NCBI RefSeq assembly: GCF_004010195.1 | Contig: NW_025214639.1 | Location: 1 to 47,862 of the forward strand | Direction of reading: 5' to 3' | DNA from: Chiloscyllium plagiosum | Taxonomy: Eukaryota | Length of the DNA: 47,862 nucleotides | Shown here: positions 1 to 11,749 of the stretch, in pieces | Position numbering within the stretch: the stretch's first letter is position 1 | Layout: every line of letters starts with the position of its first letter | Notes under the pieces: model-generated | Databases searched by the model: none | What the model was told of the DNA's origin: nothing | What the model saw: the letters and a program-made list of their open reading frames with translations, nothing else | Translations under genes and position numbers: made by a program

Positions 1-3000
1 CATGGGCACTGTGTGATTGACAGGAGCACATGGACACTGAGTGATTGACAGGGGCACATGGGCACTAAGTGATTGACAGGGGCACATGGGCGCACAGTGA
101 TTGACAGGAGCACATGGGCACTGTGTGATTGACAGGAGCACATGGGCACTGTGTGATTGACAGGAGCACATGGGCACTGTGTGCTTGACAACAGCATGTG
201 GGCACTCAGTGATTGACGGGAGCACATGGACACTGTGTGCTTGACAGGAGCATACGGGCACTCAGTGATTGACGGGGGCACGTGGGCACACAATGATTGA
301 CAGGAGCACATGGGCAGTGTGTGATTGACAGGAGCACCTGGGCACTCAGTGATTGACAGGGGCACATGGGCACTGTGTGATTGTCAGGAGCACATGGGCA
401 CTGTGTGTTTGACAAGGGCACGTGGGCACTCAGTGATTGACAGGAGCACATGGGCACTCTATGATTGACAGGGGCACATGGGCACTGTGTAATTGACAGG
501 GGCACATAGGCACTGTGTGATTGACAGGGGCACGTGGGCACTCAGTGCTTGACAGGAGCACTTGGGCACTGTGTGATTGACAAGGGCACGTGGGCGCTCA
601 TTGATTGACAGGAGCACATGGGCACTGTGTGATTGACAGGGGCACGTGGGCACTCCGTGATTGACAGAGGCACTTGGGCACTGTGTGATTGACAGGAGCA
701 CATGTGCACTCAGTGATTGACAGGGGCACATGGGGACTGTGTCATTGACAGGACCATATGGGCACTGTGTGATTGACAGGGGCACGTGGGCACTCAGTTA
801 TTGACAGGGGCACGTAGGCACTCAGTGATTGACAGGGGCACGTGGGTACTCAGTGATTGACAGGAGCACATGGACACTGTGTGATTGACAAGGGCACGTG
901 GGCACTCAGTGATTGACAGGAGCACATGGTCACTGTGTGATTGACAGGAGCATATGGGCACTGTGTGATTGACAAGGGCACGTGGGTACTCAGTGATTGA
1001 CAGGGGCACATGGACACTGTGTGATTGACAAAGGCACGTGGGCACTTAGTGAATGACAGGAGCACATGGGCACTGTGTGATTGACAGGGGCACTGGGCAC
1101 TGAGTGACAGGGGCACTGGGCACTCAGTGACTGACAGGGGCACCTGGGCACTGTGTGATTGACAGGAGCGCATGGGCAGTGTGTGTTTGACAGGGGCACG
1201 TGGGCACTCAGTGATTGACAGGGGCACATGGGCACTGTGAGATTGTCAGGAGCACATGGGCACTCAGTGATTGACAGGGGCATGTGGACAGTGTGTGATT
1301 GACAGGAGAACGTGGGCACTGTGTGATTGACAGGGGCATGTGGGCACTGTGTGATTGACAGGAGCACATGGGCACTGTGTGATTGACAAGGGCATGTGGG
1401 CACTCAGTGATTGACAGGAGCACACGGGCACTGTGTGATTGACAGGAGCACATGGGCACTGTGTGCTTGACAGCAGCATGTGGGCACTCAGTGATTGACG
1501 GGAGCACATGGACACTGTGTGCTTGACAGGAGCACATGGGCACTCAGTGATTCACAGGAGCACATGGGCACTGTGTGATTGACAGGGGCACGTGGGCACT
1601 CAGTGATTGACATGAGCACATGGGCACTGTGTGATTTACGGGGCACGTGGGCTCTCAGGAATTAACAGGAGCACATGGGCACTGAGTGATTGACAAGGGC
1701 ACGTGGGCACTGTGTGATTGACAGGGGCACGTGGGCACTCAGTGATTGACAGAAGCACATGGGCAGTGTGTGATTGACAGGGGCATGTGGGGACTCAGTG
1801 ACTGACAGGAGCACATGGGCACTGTGTGATTGACTGGGGCACATGGGCACTCAGTGACTGACAGGAGCACATGGGCCCTGTGTGATTGACAGGAGCACAT
1901 GGGCACTCAGTGATTGACAGGAGCACATGGGTACTGTGTGATTGATAGGAGCACATGGGCACTCAGTGATTGACAGGAGCACATGGGCACTGTGTGATTG
2001 ACAGGAGCACATGGGCACTCAGTGATTGACAGGGGCACGTGGGCACTCAGTGATTGACAGGAGCACATGGGCAGTGTGTGATTGACAGGGGCAAGTGGGC
2101 ACTCAGTGATTGACTGGGGCATGTGGGCATTCATTGATTGATAGTGGCACATGGGCACTGTGTGAATGTCAGGAGCACATGGGCACTCAGTGATTGACAG
2201 GGGCACGTGGACACTGTGTGATTGACAGGAGCAGATGGGCACTGTGTGATTGACAGGAATAGATGGGCACTGTGTGATTGAGAGGAGCATATGGGCACTC
2301 AATGATTGACAGGAGCACATGCGGTCTGAGAGATTGACAGTAACACATGGGCACCCTGTGATTGACAGGAGCACATGGGTACTCAGTGATTGACGGGGCA
2401 TGTGCGCACTGAGTGATTGACAGGAGCACGTGGGCACTCAGTGATTGACAGGAGCACATGGGCACTGTGTGATTGTCAGGGGCATGTGGGCGCTCAGTGA
2501 TTGACAGGAGCACATGGGCACTCAGTGATTGACAGAGGCACATGGGCACTCAGTGATTGACAGGGGCACGTAGGCACTGTGTGATTGACAGGGGCACGTG
2601 GGCACTGAGTGATTGACAGGGGCATGTGGGTACTCAGTGATTGACAGGAGCACATGGGCACTGTGTAATTGACAGGGGTACATAGGCACTGTTTGATTGA
2701 CAGGGGCACGTGGGCACTCAGTGATTGACATGAGCACATGGTCACTGTGTGATTGACAGGGGCATGTGGGCACTCAGTGATTAACAGGAGCACATGGGCA
2801 CTAAGTGATTGACAGGGGTACGTAGACACTGTTTGATTGACAGGGGTACGTGGGCACTCAGTGATTGACATGAGCACATGGGCACTGTGTGATTGACAGG
2901 GGCATGTGGGCACTCAGTGATTAACAGGAGCACATGGGCACTCAGTGATCGACAGAGGCACATGGCACTGTGTAATTGACAGGGGTACGTAGGCACTGTT

Positions 3001-4209
3001 TGATTGACAGGGGGCACGTGGGCACTCATGTGATTGACATGAGCACATGGGCACTAAGTGATTGACAGGGGCACGTGGGCACTCAGTGATTGACAGGAAC
3101 ACATGGGAACTAAGTGATTGACAGGGGCACGTGGGCACTGCGTGATTGACCGGAGCACATGGGCACTGTGTGATTGACAGGAGCATACGGGCACTCAGTG
3201 ATTGACGGGGGCACGTGGGCACACAATGATTGACAGGGGCACATGGGCACTGTGTGATTGTCAGGAGCACATGGGCACTGTGTGTTTGACAAGGGCACGT
3301 GGGCACTCAGTGATTGACAGGAGCACACGGACACTGTGTGATTGACAGGGGCATGTGGGCACTCAGTGACTGACAGGAGCACGTGGGCACTGTGTGATTG
3401 ATAGCAGCACGTGGGCACTCTGTGATTGACGGGAGCACATGGGCACTGTGTGCTTGACAGGGGCACATGGGCACTCTGATTGACAGGAGCACATGGGCAC
3501 TGTGTGATTGACAGGGGCACGTGGGCACTCAGTCATTGACAGGAGCACATGGGCACTGTGTGATTGACAGGGGCATATGGGCACTCAGTGATTGAGAGGA
3601 GCACATTGGCACTGTGTGATTGACAGGAGCACATGGGCACTGTGTGTTTGACAGGGGCCCGTGGGCACTCAGTGATTGACAGGAGCACATGGGCACTGTG
3701 TGATTGACAGGGACACCTGGGCACTCCGTGATTGACGGGGCACGTGGGCACTTTGTGATTGACGGGAGCACGTAGGCACTGAGTGATTGTCAGGAACACT
3801 TGGGCACTCAGTGTTTGACAGGGGCACGTGGGCACTGTGTGATTGACAGGGACATGTGGGCACCCAGTGATTGAGAGGAGCACATGGGCACTTTGTGATT
3901 GACAGGAGCACATGGGCACTGTGTGTTTGACAGGTGCACGTGGGCACTCAGTGATTGACAGGGGCACATGGGCACTCAGTGATTGACAAAGACATGTGGG
4001 CACTCAGTGATTGACAGGAGCACATGGGCACTCAGTGATTAACAGGTGCATCTGGTCACTGTGTGATTGACAGGGGCACATGGGCACTCAGTGATTGACA
4101 GGAGCACATGGGCACTGTGTGATTGACAGGGGCACATGGGCACTCTGATTGACAGGAGCACTGTGTGATTGATAGGAGCAGATGGGCACTGTGTGATTGA
4201 CATGGGCAC
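1..4209. repeat. 28-bp minisatellite array (consensus ~CATGGGCACT[GTGT/CAGT]GATTGACAGG[A/G]GCA), ~150 degenerate units, truncated by the window start
   Basis: GATTGACAGG recurs about every 28 nt. Two main variants (CACTGTGTGATT and CACTCAGTGATT) are interspersed, with scattered substitutions and small indels. Confidence 0.97.
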
Positions 4210-4225
4210 CCTATCAATCACACAG

Positions 4226-4263
4226 TGGACCGAAGGGTCTGTTTCCATGCTGTACATCTCTAT
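4226..4263 (+). mobile_element. Very short 3'-tail stub of a CR1/HER1 LINE or HE1-type SINE
   Basis: TGGACCGAAGGGTCTGTTTCCATGCTGTACATCTCTAT resembles the 3' ends at 6458-6490 and 9569-9594 in this window. Confidence 0.7.
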
Positions 4264-4579
4264 ATGAATCTTACTGTGACCTTTTCAAAGAAATGTCTCG
4301 CCACACAGACAAATGAGTGCTGGTGGGAAGCAACAACTGAAAGAAAGTGTGTTCGGCCACCAGTTTGAGTCACAGGCATCAATGAGATGTTTCCATTCCA
4401 GTTTATTGCAACTTCTCAGACAGCGCACTCAATTGAGGACACTCCAATTTGAAACCTTTCTTTCATCTGTTGAGCATTTGCCCTTTCAGTGTTTCTGAAT
4501 GTGTTTTTCCCTCTCTTTTCAAGAAGTTAAAAGACTTCCAAGGATGTTGCTAGTGTGGAGGGTTTGAGCTATAGGGATA

Positions 4580-6030
4580 GAAAGTCAGGAATCTAGGGTG
4601 GAAGCTTAGAGCTAGAACAAACAGAGTTGTTATCTCTGGTTTGTTGCCCGTGCCAGTGCTAGCGAGGAATAGGGAGAGGGAGGAGTTGAACATGTGGCTA
4701 CTGGGATGGTGCAGGAGGGTGGGTTTTGGATTCCTGGATAATTGGGGCTCTTTCTGGGGAAGGTGGGACCTTTGCAAACAGGATGGTCTTCATCTGAACC
4801 AGACGGGTACCAATATCCTGGGGGGGGAAATTTGCTAATGCTCTTAGGGAGGGTTTAAACTATTTCAGCAAGGGGATGGGATCCTGAGTTACTGTTCTAG
4901 TATACAGGAAGTTGAGAGTAGTGAGGTCAGAAATAAGATTTCAGGGTGGTAAGAAGGTACCAGCAGGCAAGAAAATGGTTTGAAATGTGTGTACTTCAAT
5001 GCTAGGAGCGTCTGGAATAAGGTGGGTGAACTTGCAGCATGGGTTGGTACCTGGGATTTCAATCTTGTGGCCATTTCAGAGACATGGTTAGAGCAGGGAC
5101 AGGAATGGCTGTTGCAGGTTCTGGGATTTAGATGTTTCAGTTAGAGGAGGTTTACCAGGATGTTGCCTGGTATGGTAGGAAGATCGTATGAGGAAAGGCT
5201 GAGGCACTTGGGCCTGTTTTCATTGGAGAAAAGAAGGTTTAGGGGTGACTTGATAGAGGTGTACAAGATGATTAGGGGTTTAGATAGGGTCGACAGTGAG
5301 AATCTTTTTCCACGTATGGAGACAGCTATTACAAGGGGGCATAGCTTTAAATTAAGGGAGGGTAGGTATAGGACAGATGTTCGGGGTAGATTCTTTACTC
5401 AGTGGCAGAAAGGATGTTTGAGGGCTCATCTACTGAGGTAGTATGGGCTGAGGTTAGAAACAGGAAAGGAGAGGTCACCCTGTTGGGAGATTTTTATAGG
5501 CCTCCGAATAGATCCAGAGATGTAGAGGAAAGGATAGCAAAGATGATTCTCGATAGGAGCAAGAGTGACAGGCTAGTTGTTATGGTGAACTTTCCAAATA
5601 TTGACTGGGAATACTATAGTTCAAGTATTTTAGGTGGGTCAGATTTTGTCCAATGTGCGCCAGAGGGTTTCCTGACATAATATGTCAAAAGGCCAACAAG
5701 GGGCGAGGCCACATTGGATTCGGAATTGGGGAATGAACCTGACCAGATGTTAGGTTTGGAGGTAGGTGAGCACTTTGATGGCCGTGACCGTGACCACAAT
5801 TCGGTAATGTTTACTTTAGCGATGGAAAGGGATTGGTATATACCGCAGGGCAGGAGTTATAACTGGGGGAAAGGCAATTATGATGTGATTAGGCAAGATT
5901 TAGGATGCATAGGATGGGGAAGGAAACTGCAGGGGATGGGCACAATTGAAATGTGGAGCTTATTCAAGGAACAGCCACTGCGCGTCCTTGATATGTATGT
6001 ACCTGTCAGGCAGGGAGGAAGCTGTCAAGC
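4580..6030 (+). mobile_element. Decayed CR1-clade LINE fragment: ORF1 esterase (SGNH-like) C-terminus and ORF2 APE endonuclease; interrupted at ~5143-5402
   Basis: Translations include WCRRVGFGFLDNWGSFWGRWDLCKQDGLHLN (ORF1 esterase), LKCVYFNARSVWNKVGEL, AISETWL, YRPP, NFPNIDW and DHNSVMF (APE motifs), broken by stops and frameshifts. Confidence 0.9.
5143..5402 (+). mobile_element. CR1-clade ORF2 C-terminal fragment embedded in the endonuclease region of another CR1 copy
   Basis: MLPGMVGRSYEERLRHLGLFSLEKRRFRGDLIEVYKMIRGLD...TRGHSFKL is the characteristic CR1 ORF2 C-terminus. Confidence 0.88.
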
Positions 6031-6490
6031 GAGGACTTCAGATTGGTTTCGCAGGTCGGCACAACTTTGAGGGCTGAAGGGCCTGTACATCACAGTAATG
6101 TTCTATGTTCTATGGGAGAGGCTGCGGGGTGGCCTTATAGAGGTTTATAAAATCATGAGGGGCATGGATAGGGTGAATTGACAAGGTCTTTTCCCTGGGG
6201 TGGGGGAGTCCAAAACTAGAGGGCAAAAGTATAAGGTGAGAGGGGAAAGATATAAAAGAGACCTAAGGAGTAACTTTTTTCACACAGAGAGTAGTATGGA
6301 ATGAGCTGCCAGAGGAAGTGGTGGAGGCTGATATAATTACAACATTTATAAGTTATTTGGATGGGGACATGAATAGGCAAGGTTTAGTGGGATGTGGGCC
6401 AAGTGCTGGCAAATGGTACTAGATTAGTTTAGGATATCTGATCAACATAAACGGGTTGGACCAAAGGGTGTTGTACATCTCTATGACTCT
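6031..6490 (+). mobile_element. Two consecutive CR1 3' ends: one ending in TGTTCTATGTTCTATG at ~6113, the other ending CTCTATGACTCTA at ~6490 (its 5' piece probably lies at 4536-4580)
   Basis: Short-repeat tails preceded by GAAGGGCCTGT-like motifs, and LRGGLIEVYKIMRGMDRV-type coding remnant from 6121. Confidence 0.8.
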
Positions 6491-6523
6491 AAGGAGATAA
6501 TGTGCAGAGATATACAGGAACAT

Positions 6524-6549
6524 AGAGAGAGAGAGAGAGAGAGAGAGAG
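6524..6549. repeat. (AG)13 microsatellite
   Basis: Direct read of the sequence. Confidence 0.95.
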
Positions 6550-6604
6550 CAGCTAACTGCTGTGAATGTCTTTTTTACTTCACTAACAGAAAGGAGAGTG
6601 AAGG

Positions 6605-8630
6605 AGATGTTTTCACTGCCGGCAGTGCATTCCACACACCCATCACCTTAAAATTGTGCTCCCTCATGATAGCCATTTTTGCCTGGGATAAAGTCTCTGA
6701 CTATCCATCATCTGCCTCTCATCATCTTGTACACCTCTATCAAGTCACCTGTGACCATTCTTTGCTCCATTGAGAAAAACCTTACCTCCCTCAACCTTTC
6801 TTCTTAAGACATGCTCTCCAGTCCAGGCAGCATCCTGGTAAATCTCCTCTGCACCCTCTCTAAAACTTCCACATCCTTCCTATAATGAGGCAACAGAACT
6901 GAATACAATATTCCAAATGTGGTCTAACCAGGGCTCTATAGAACTGCAGCTCTTACACTCAATCCCTCAGCTAATGAAAGCCAAAACACCATACGCCTTC
7001 TTAACAACCCTATCAACTTGGGTGGCAACTTTCAGGGATCAATGTACACGGACCCCAAGATCCCTCTGTTCCTCGACACTGCCAGGAATCCTGCCTTTAA
7101 CCCTATATTCTGCATTCAAATTCAACCTTCCAAAATGAATGACTTCACACTTTTCCAAGTTGACCTCAATCTGCCACTTATCAGCCCATCTCTGTATCCT
7201 GTCAATATCCTGTTGCAACTTGCAACAGCCCTCCACACTATCCACAACTCCACCAACCTTCATGTCATTGTCAAATTTACTAACTCACCCTTCCACTTCC
7301 TCATCCCAAGTCATTTATAAAAATCACAAAAAGCAGAGATCCCAGAACCGATCCCTGTGGAACACCACTGGTCACCGAACTCCAGGCTGAATACTTTCCA
7401 TCGACCACCACCCTCTGCCTTCTATGGGCCAGCCAATTCTGTATCCAGACAGCCAAAACTCCCTGTATCCCATGCCTCCTTACTTTCTGAATGAGCCTAC
7501 CATGTTGAACCTTATCAAACACCTTGCTAACATCCCCATACACCATATCCATTGCTGTACCTTCATCAATATGTTTTATAATATCCTCAAAGAATTCAAT
7601 AAGGTTTGTGAGGCCTGACTTGCCCCTCACAAAGCCATGCTGACTATCTCTAATCAAACTATGGTTTTCCAAGTAATCATAAATCCTGTTCTCAGAATCC
7701 TCTCTAATACTTTGCCTGCCCCTGACGTAAGACTGGTCTGTAATTCCCAGGGTTATCCCTATTCCCTTTCTTGAACAAGGGAATAACATTTGCCACCCTT
7801 CAATCATCTGGGTACTACTCCACTGGTCAGTGAGGATGCAAAGATCATCGCTATAGACGCAGCAATCTCTTCCCTTGCTTCCTGTAGTAACCTTGGATAT
7901 ATCCCGTCTGGCCCAGGGGATTTATCTATCTCATGTTTTTCAAAATTTTCAGCACGTTCTCCTTCTTAACGTCAACCTGTTTGAGCCTATCAGACTGTTT
8001 CATGCTGTCCTTACAAAAAACCAAGGTCCCCCTCACTAGTGAACACTGAAGCAAAGTATTCCTTAAGGACGTCCCCTACTTCCTCCGACTCCAGGCACAA
8101 GTTCCCTCCGCTATCCCTGATCAGCCCTACCCTCACTCTGGCCATCCTCTTGTTCTTTACATAAGTGTAGAATACCTTGGGGTTTTCCTTAATCCTACCC
8201 ACCAAGGCTTTCTCCTGCCCCCTTCTAGCTCTCTTAAGTCCATTCTTCAGTTCCTTCCTGGTTACCTTGTAACCCTCTACAGCCCTGACTGATCCTTGCC
8301 TCCTCAAGCTTCCTTCTTCCTCTTGACTAGATGTTCCACATTCTTTGTCACCCATCCTTTGAACATACCAAACCTTCCTTGCCTCAGTGGGACAAAACTA
8401 TCCAGCACTATCAGCAAGTGCTCCCTAAACAACTTCCATATTTCTGTCGTGCATTTTCCTGAGAACATCTGTTCCCTATTTAGATGCGCTAGTTCTTGCC
8501 TAATGGCATTGTAATTCCCCCTCCCCCAGTTAAATAGTTTCCCATAACGTCTGCTCCTATCCCTCTCAATGATTACCATAAAGATCATGGAGTTGTGATC
8601 ACTCTCACCGAAATGCTTTCCCACCGAGAG
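6605..8630 (-). mobile_element. Decayed CR1/HER1-like LINE ORF2 (end of APE, tether, reverse transcriptase)
   Basis: Minus-strand ORFs give SDHNSMIF, IKENPKVFYTYV, QHGFVRGKSGLTNLIEFFE, SGVPQGSVLGSLLFVIFINDL and LQQDIDRIQRWADKWQ...KCEVIHFG. Multiple frameshifts. Confidence 0.95.
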
Positions 8631-8908
8631 ATGGTGGGATCCTTCTCAGTATAGCATGCCTCAGGGTATCAGCTTAACCCTCCCTAATCTTACCATCATC
8701 CACATTCTTCTCATGAATGAATTGTGATGTGACGTACTCATTAAGGACCTGGCTTACTTCCTATAGCTCCGCACATACATTCTCTTTCTGGACCTACTCT
8801 TTCTGTGGATACCATCTTATTCCAAATATACCTGGAAAATGCCTTGGGATCCTCCTTAATCTGACTTGCCAAGGACGTTTCAAGGCCACTTTTAGCCCTT
8901 CTAATTCT

Positions 8909-9226
8909 GATTAGATTAGATTCCCTACAGTGTGGAAACAGGCCCTTCAGCCCAACAACTCCATACTGACCCTCCGAAGAGTAACCCACCCATTCCCATT
9001 TCCCTCTGACTAATGCACCTAACACTACAGGCAATTTAGAATGGCCAATTCACCCTGACCTGCACAACTTTGGACTGTGGGAGGAAACCGGAGCACCTGG
9101 AAGAAACCCACGCAGACACGGGGAGAATGTGCAAACTCCGCACAGACAGTTGACTGAGCTGGAATCGAACCTAGGACCCTGGTGCTGTGAGGCAGCAGCG
9201 CTAAACTCTGAGCCACCGTGCCACCC
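8909..9226 (-). mobile_element. Full-length tRNA-derived HE1-like (V-SINE type) SINE with AATTCT target-site duplication
   Basis: Minus strand starts GGGTGGCACGGTGGCTCAG (A box), has B box GGTTCGATTCC (9161-9171), core TGTGCGGAGTTTGCACATTCTCCCCGTGTCTGCGTGGGTTTC and a (AATCT)n tail. AATTCT occurs at 8903-8908 and 9227-9232. Confidence 0.92.
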
Positions 9227-9302
9227 AATTCTTTGTTGAAGTTCTTCCCTGCTTTTTTTTTTATGTTTCTCTGGCATTGTCTGATTTAAGTTTCCTAAGC
9301 GT

Positions 9303-9607
9303 GAGTGGCACGGTGGCACTGCTGCCTCACAGCACCAGAGATCCGGGTTCAATTCCTGCCTCAGGCGACTGACTGTGTGGAGTTTGCACGTTCTCCCCAT
9401 GTCTGCGTGGGTTTCCTCCGGGTGCTCCGGTTTCCTCCCACAGTCCAAAGATGTGCGGGTCAGGTGAATTGGCCGTGCTAAATTGCCCGTAGTGTTAGGT
9501 GAACGGGTAAATGTAGGGGAATGGGTCTGGGTGGGATGCTCTTCGGAGGGTCAGTGTGGACTTGTTAGGCCGAAGGGCCTGATTCCATGCTGTAAGTAAT
9601 CTAAATC
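9303..9607 (+). mobile_element. HE1-like SINE, near full length, small deletion in the A-box region
   Basis: GTGGCACGGTGGCAC..., B box GGTTCAATTCC, core GTGTGGAGTTTGCACGTTCTCCCC, tail GGCCGAAGGGCCTGATTCCATGCTGTAAGTAATCTAAATCT. Confidence 0.92.
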
Positions 9608-11124
9608 TTAAGTACGTTCCTTTCTCTTTTTAACTAATTTTTCAAAATCTCTTGTCATCTAATGTTCCTGAATCTTGTCATCCTTATCTTTCATCCTTAC
9701 AGGCCCTGAACTCTGACCAATTGGCTTTAAAAAATTCCCACATGACAGATGAGGATTTACCCTCAAACAGCCACCCCAACATAATGTCTCCAGTTCCTGC
9801 CTAATACCATTGTAATTAGCTTTCCCTTAGCTTACCAGAGTACCAGTCTTATCCTTATCTACAGCTGTTTTAAAACGTACAGAATTATGATCACTATTCC
9901 CACTGAGCTCCCCCCAAGGCCAATATATCCTTCTGTCCAGTTTTTGTTGCGGGATCAACCTGATTGTTCTCCTTGAGGAGTGATTGAAAGAACTTTCGAG
10001 ATTGTGGGTCTGTTTCAAAGGAGCTAAACCTTTCTCCTGTGCTCTAACTTTTGTGCACCTTTTTCCCCTTTTGGACTTTGAGATGTTAGTTCCCATCGCC
10101 CTACCAGCTTTGTTTGAATCTGCCCCGTACACAGTGGGTGTACTTTGTCACCAGAGCATGGGTCCCAGTTCTATGTCTTTAGAATGTATGGCAGAGTTGG
10201 TCACAACGCTCTCTCTCCTGCCCCATGTCTCTCGCTATCTCTGAATCCTCACTACCTTCCTATTTCTTCACTCACTGGCCTCACTCGCACTGCAAATAAT
10301 CTGGAAATTACTACCTTTGAGCTCTTACTGTTTAGCTTCCACACCTCAATCCTGTAAACCTGACCCTTGGGGTGCAATGCCTGCTCTCTCTAAGTTGTGA
10401 TACTGGCATGTACCATAACCTCACACTCACTCCCTTCCACCCTGCAGAATATTCCGCACTCTTTCTGTGATGTCCCTTTATCCATTAGGGTGGGCTACAG
10501 ACCTCGGAGAGCTCACACAGACGACTGTAAAATTCGAGTCTGTCACCTCACAGTGAAATCTTCTGCAGTGACTGTATTTCTCTACATTGACCATTGATGC
10601 CATGTCCCCATCTGCATTCCTTCAAGGTGCCAACTCACTCACAGGACTCTCCAGCGCTGAGTATGGCACACACCCTCAGTGATCCTTCACCTCCTGAGCA
10701 CCTCCTGTCCTTTAGATGGCCATCTGTTTACTATTCACTGAACACTCTCAGGGTTTCACTCTGTTTTGCAATGGCCTCATGAAATACCTTGAGCCTCCAT
10801 GAAGTCCGTTGTAAACACTATGTAAAGTTGATATAAAGTCTTGTTCTGTCTTTGCGGTTAGTGTCATTGTTCTCCTGCAGTTTTCTGTAGAGGCAGCAGG
10901 TGGTGCTACTGCTCCAGTGTTAATGGAGCCAAATGGGATATTCAAGGTGAAGCTGATATGAACAGAGCTGCTGTGCTCACAGCATTACGGTTAACACCGA
11001 CAGTGATGGGATGGTTAATGAGGGTGTGTTTGAAAGCCTGTTAACGCCCAGTGGCGGAGAACACCAGGCAGAACAGTGGGCTTACAACTTCTGGCTGGGC
11101 ACAGTTCAGAACCCCCACCTCCAT

Positions 11125-11402
11125 CCACCAATTGCACAATCTTCCTTCCTACCTATCCCCTCCACCCTCCTCTCTGACCTATCACCCTCACCCCCACCTC
11201 CATCCACCTATCACACTCTGAGCTACCTTCACCCCAGCCCCACCTCCCCTCCCACTTATCTCTCCACCCCGGAGGCTCCCAGCCTCATTCCTGATGAAAC
11301 GTCAATTCTCCTGCTCCTCGGATGCTGCCTGACCTGCTGTGCTTTTCCAGCGCCACTCTGATCCAGACTCTGATCTCCCAGCATCTGCAGTCCTCACTTT
11401 TG
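11125..11402 (+). mobile_element. Penelope-like element terminal fragment (putative)
   Basis: C-rich tract followed by CCTGATGAAACGTCAATTCTCCTGCTCCTCGGATGCTGCCTGACCTGCTGTGCTTTTCCAGC...CAGCATCTGCAGTCCTC, related to 44565-44665. Family assignment is from recalled shark repeats. Confidence 0.6.
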
Positions 11403-11749
11403 TATAGTTCAGGAGATGTCGGACTGAGTGAAAGCTGGTTTGTGGCGGGGGGGGTGGGGATGGGGGAGGGAAATCACACTAGAGCCTTCTACTGAAACCC
11501 ACTTCAAAATTCCCGTTTCGTACCTGCTAAGACCCTCCTGGATAAATTCTCAGTAATTTGTACAAGTGTTTTTACAGTGCTAGTTGGGGTATTCACCCAT
11601 CTCTAACATATCCAATCCACTTGTTACTAGAAGTATATTAATATAGCGTTTCTATGATGTTCCCAGCAATGCTCACACCTTTGAATATCCTCAGGTCAAT
11701 CAGCTGCAGAGCAGACGCTGTGTACATCAAGCAGGACTGGCTGCTGTTT

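Larger units (their letters stand above)
8735..10420 (-). mobile_element. Older, more decayed CR1-like LINE (ORF1 esterase remnant, APE, tether) interrupted by two SINEs
   Basis: IKEDPKAFSRYI (8741-9034 ORF) and NSDHNSVRFK (9827-10132 ORF). Sequence at 10230-10330 resembles the reverse complement of the ORF1 region at 4600-4700. Boundaries approximate. Confidence 0.72.

Noticed and set aside
206..4257. Many Cys/His/Pro-rich minus-strand ORFs
   Set aside because: They are translations of the 28-bp repeat. The unit is not a multiple of 3, the same peptides appear in all frames, and stops are scattered.
4580..8630. Active or domesticated reverse transcriptase or esterase genes
   Set aside because: They are fragmented by frameshifts, stops and insertions, as in ordinary decayed CR1 copies.
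8909..9607. tRNA genes suggested by A/B boxes
   Set aside because: The boxes are SINE heads followed by SINE core and LINE-derived tail, with no complete cloverleaf.
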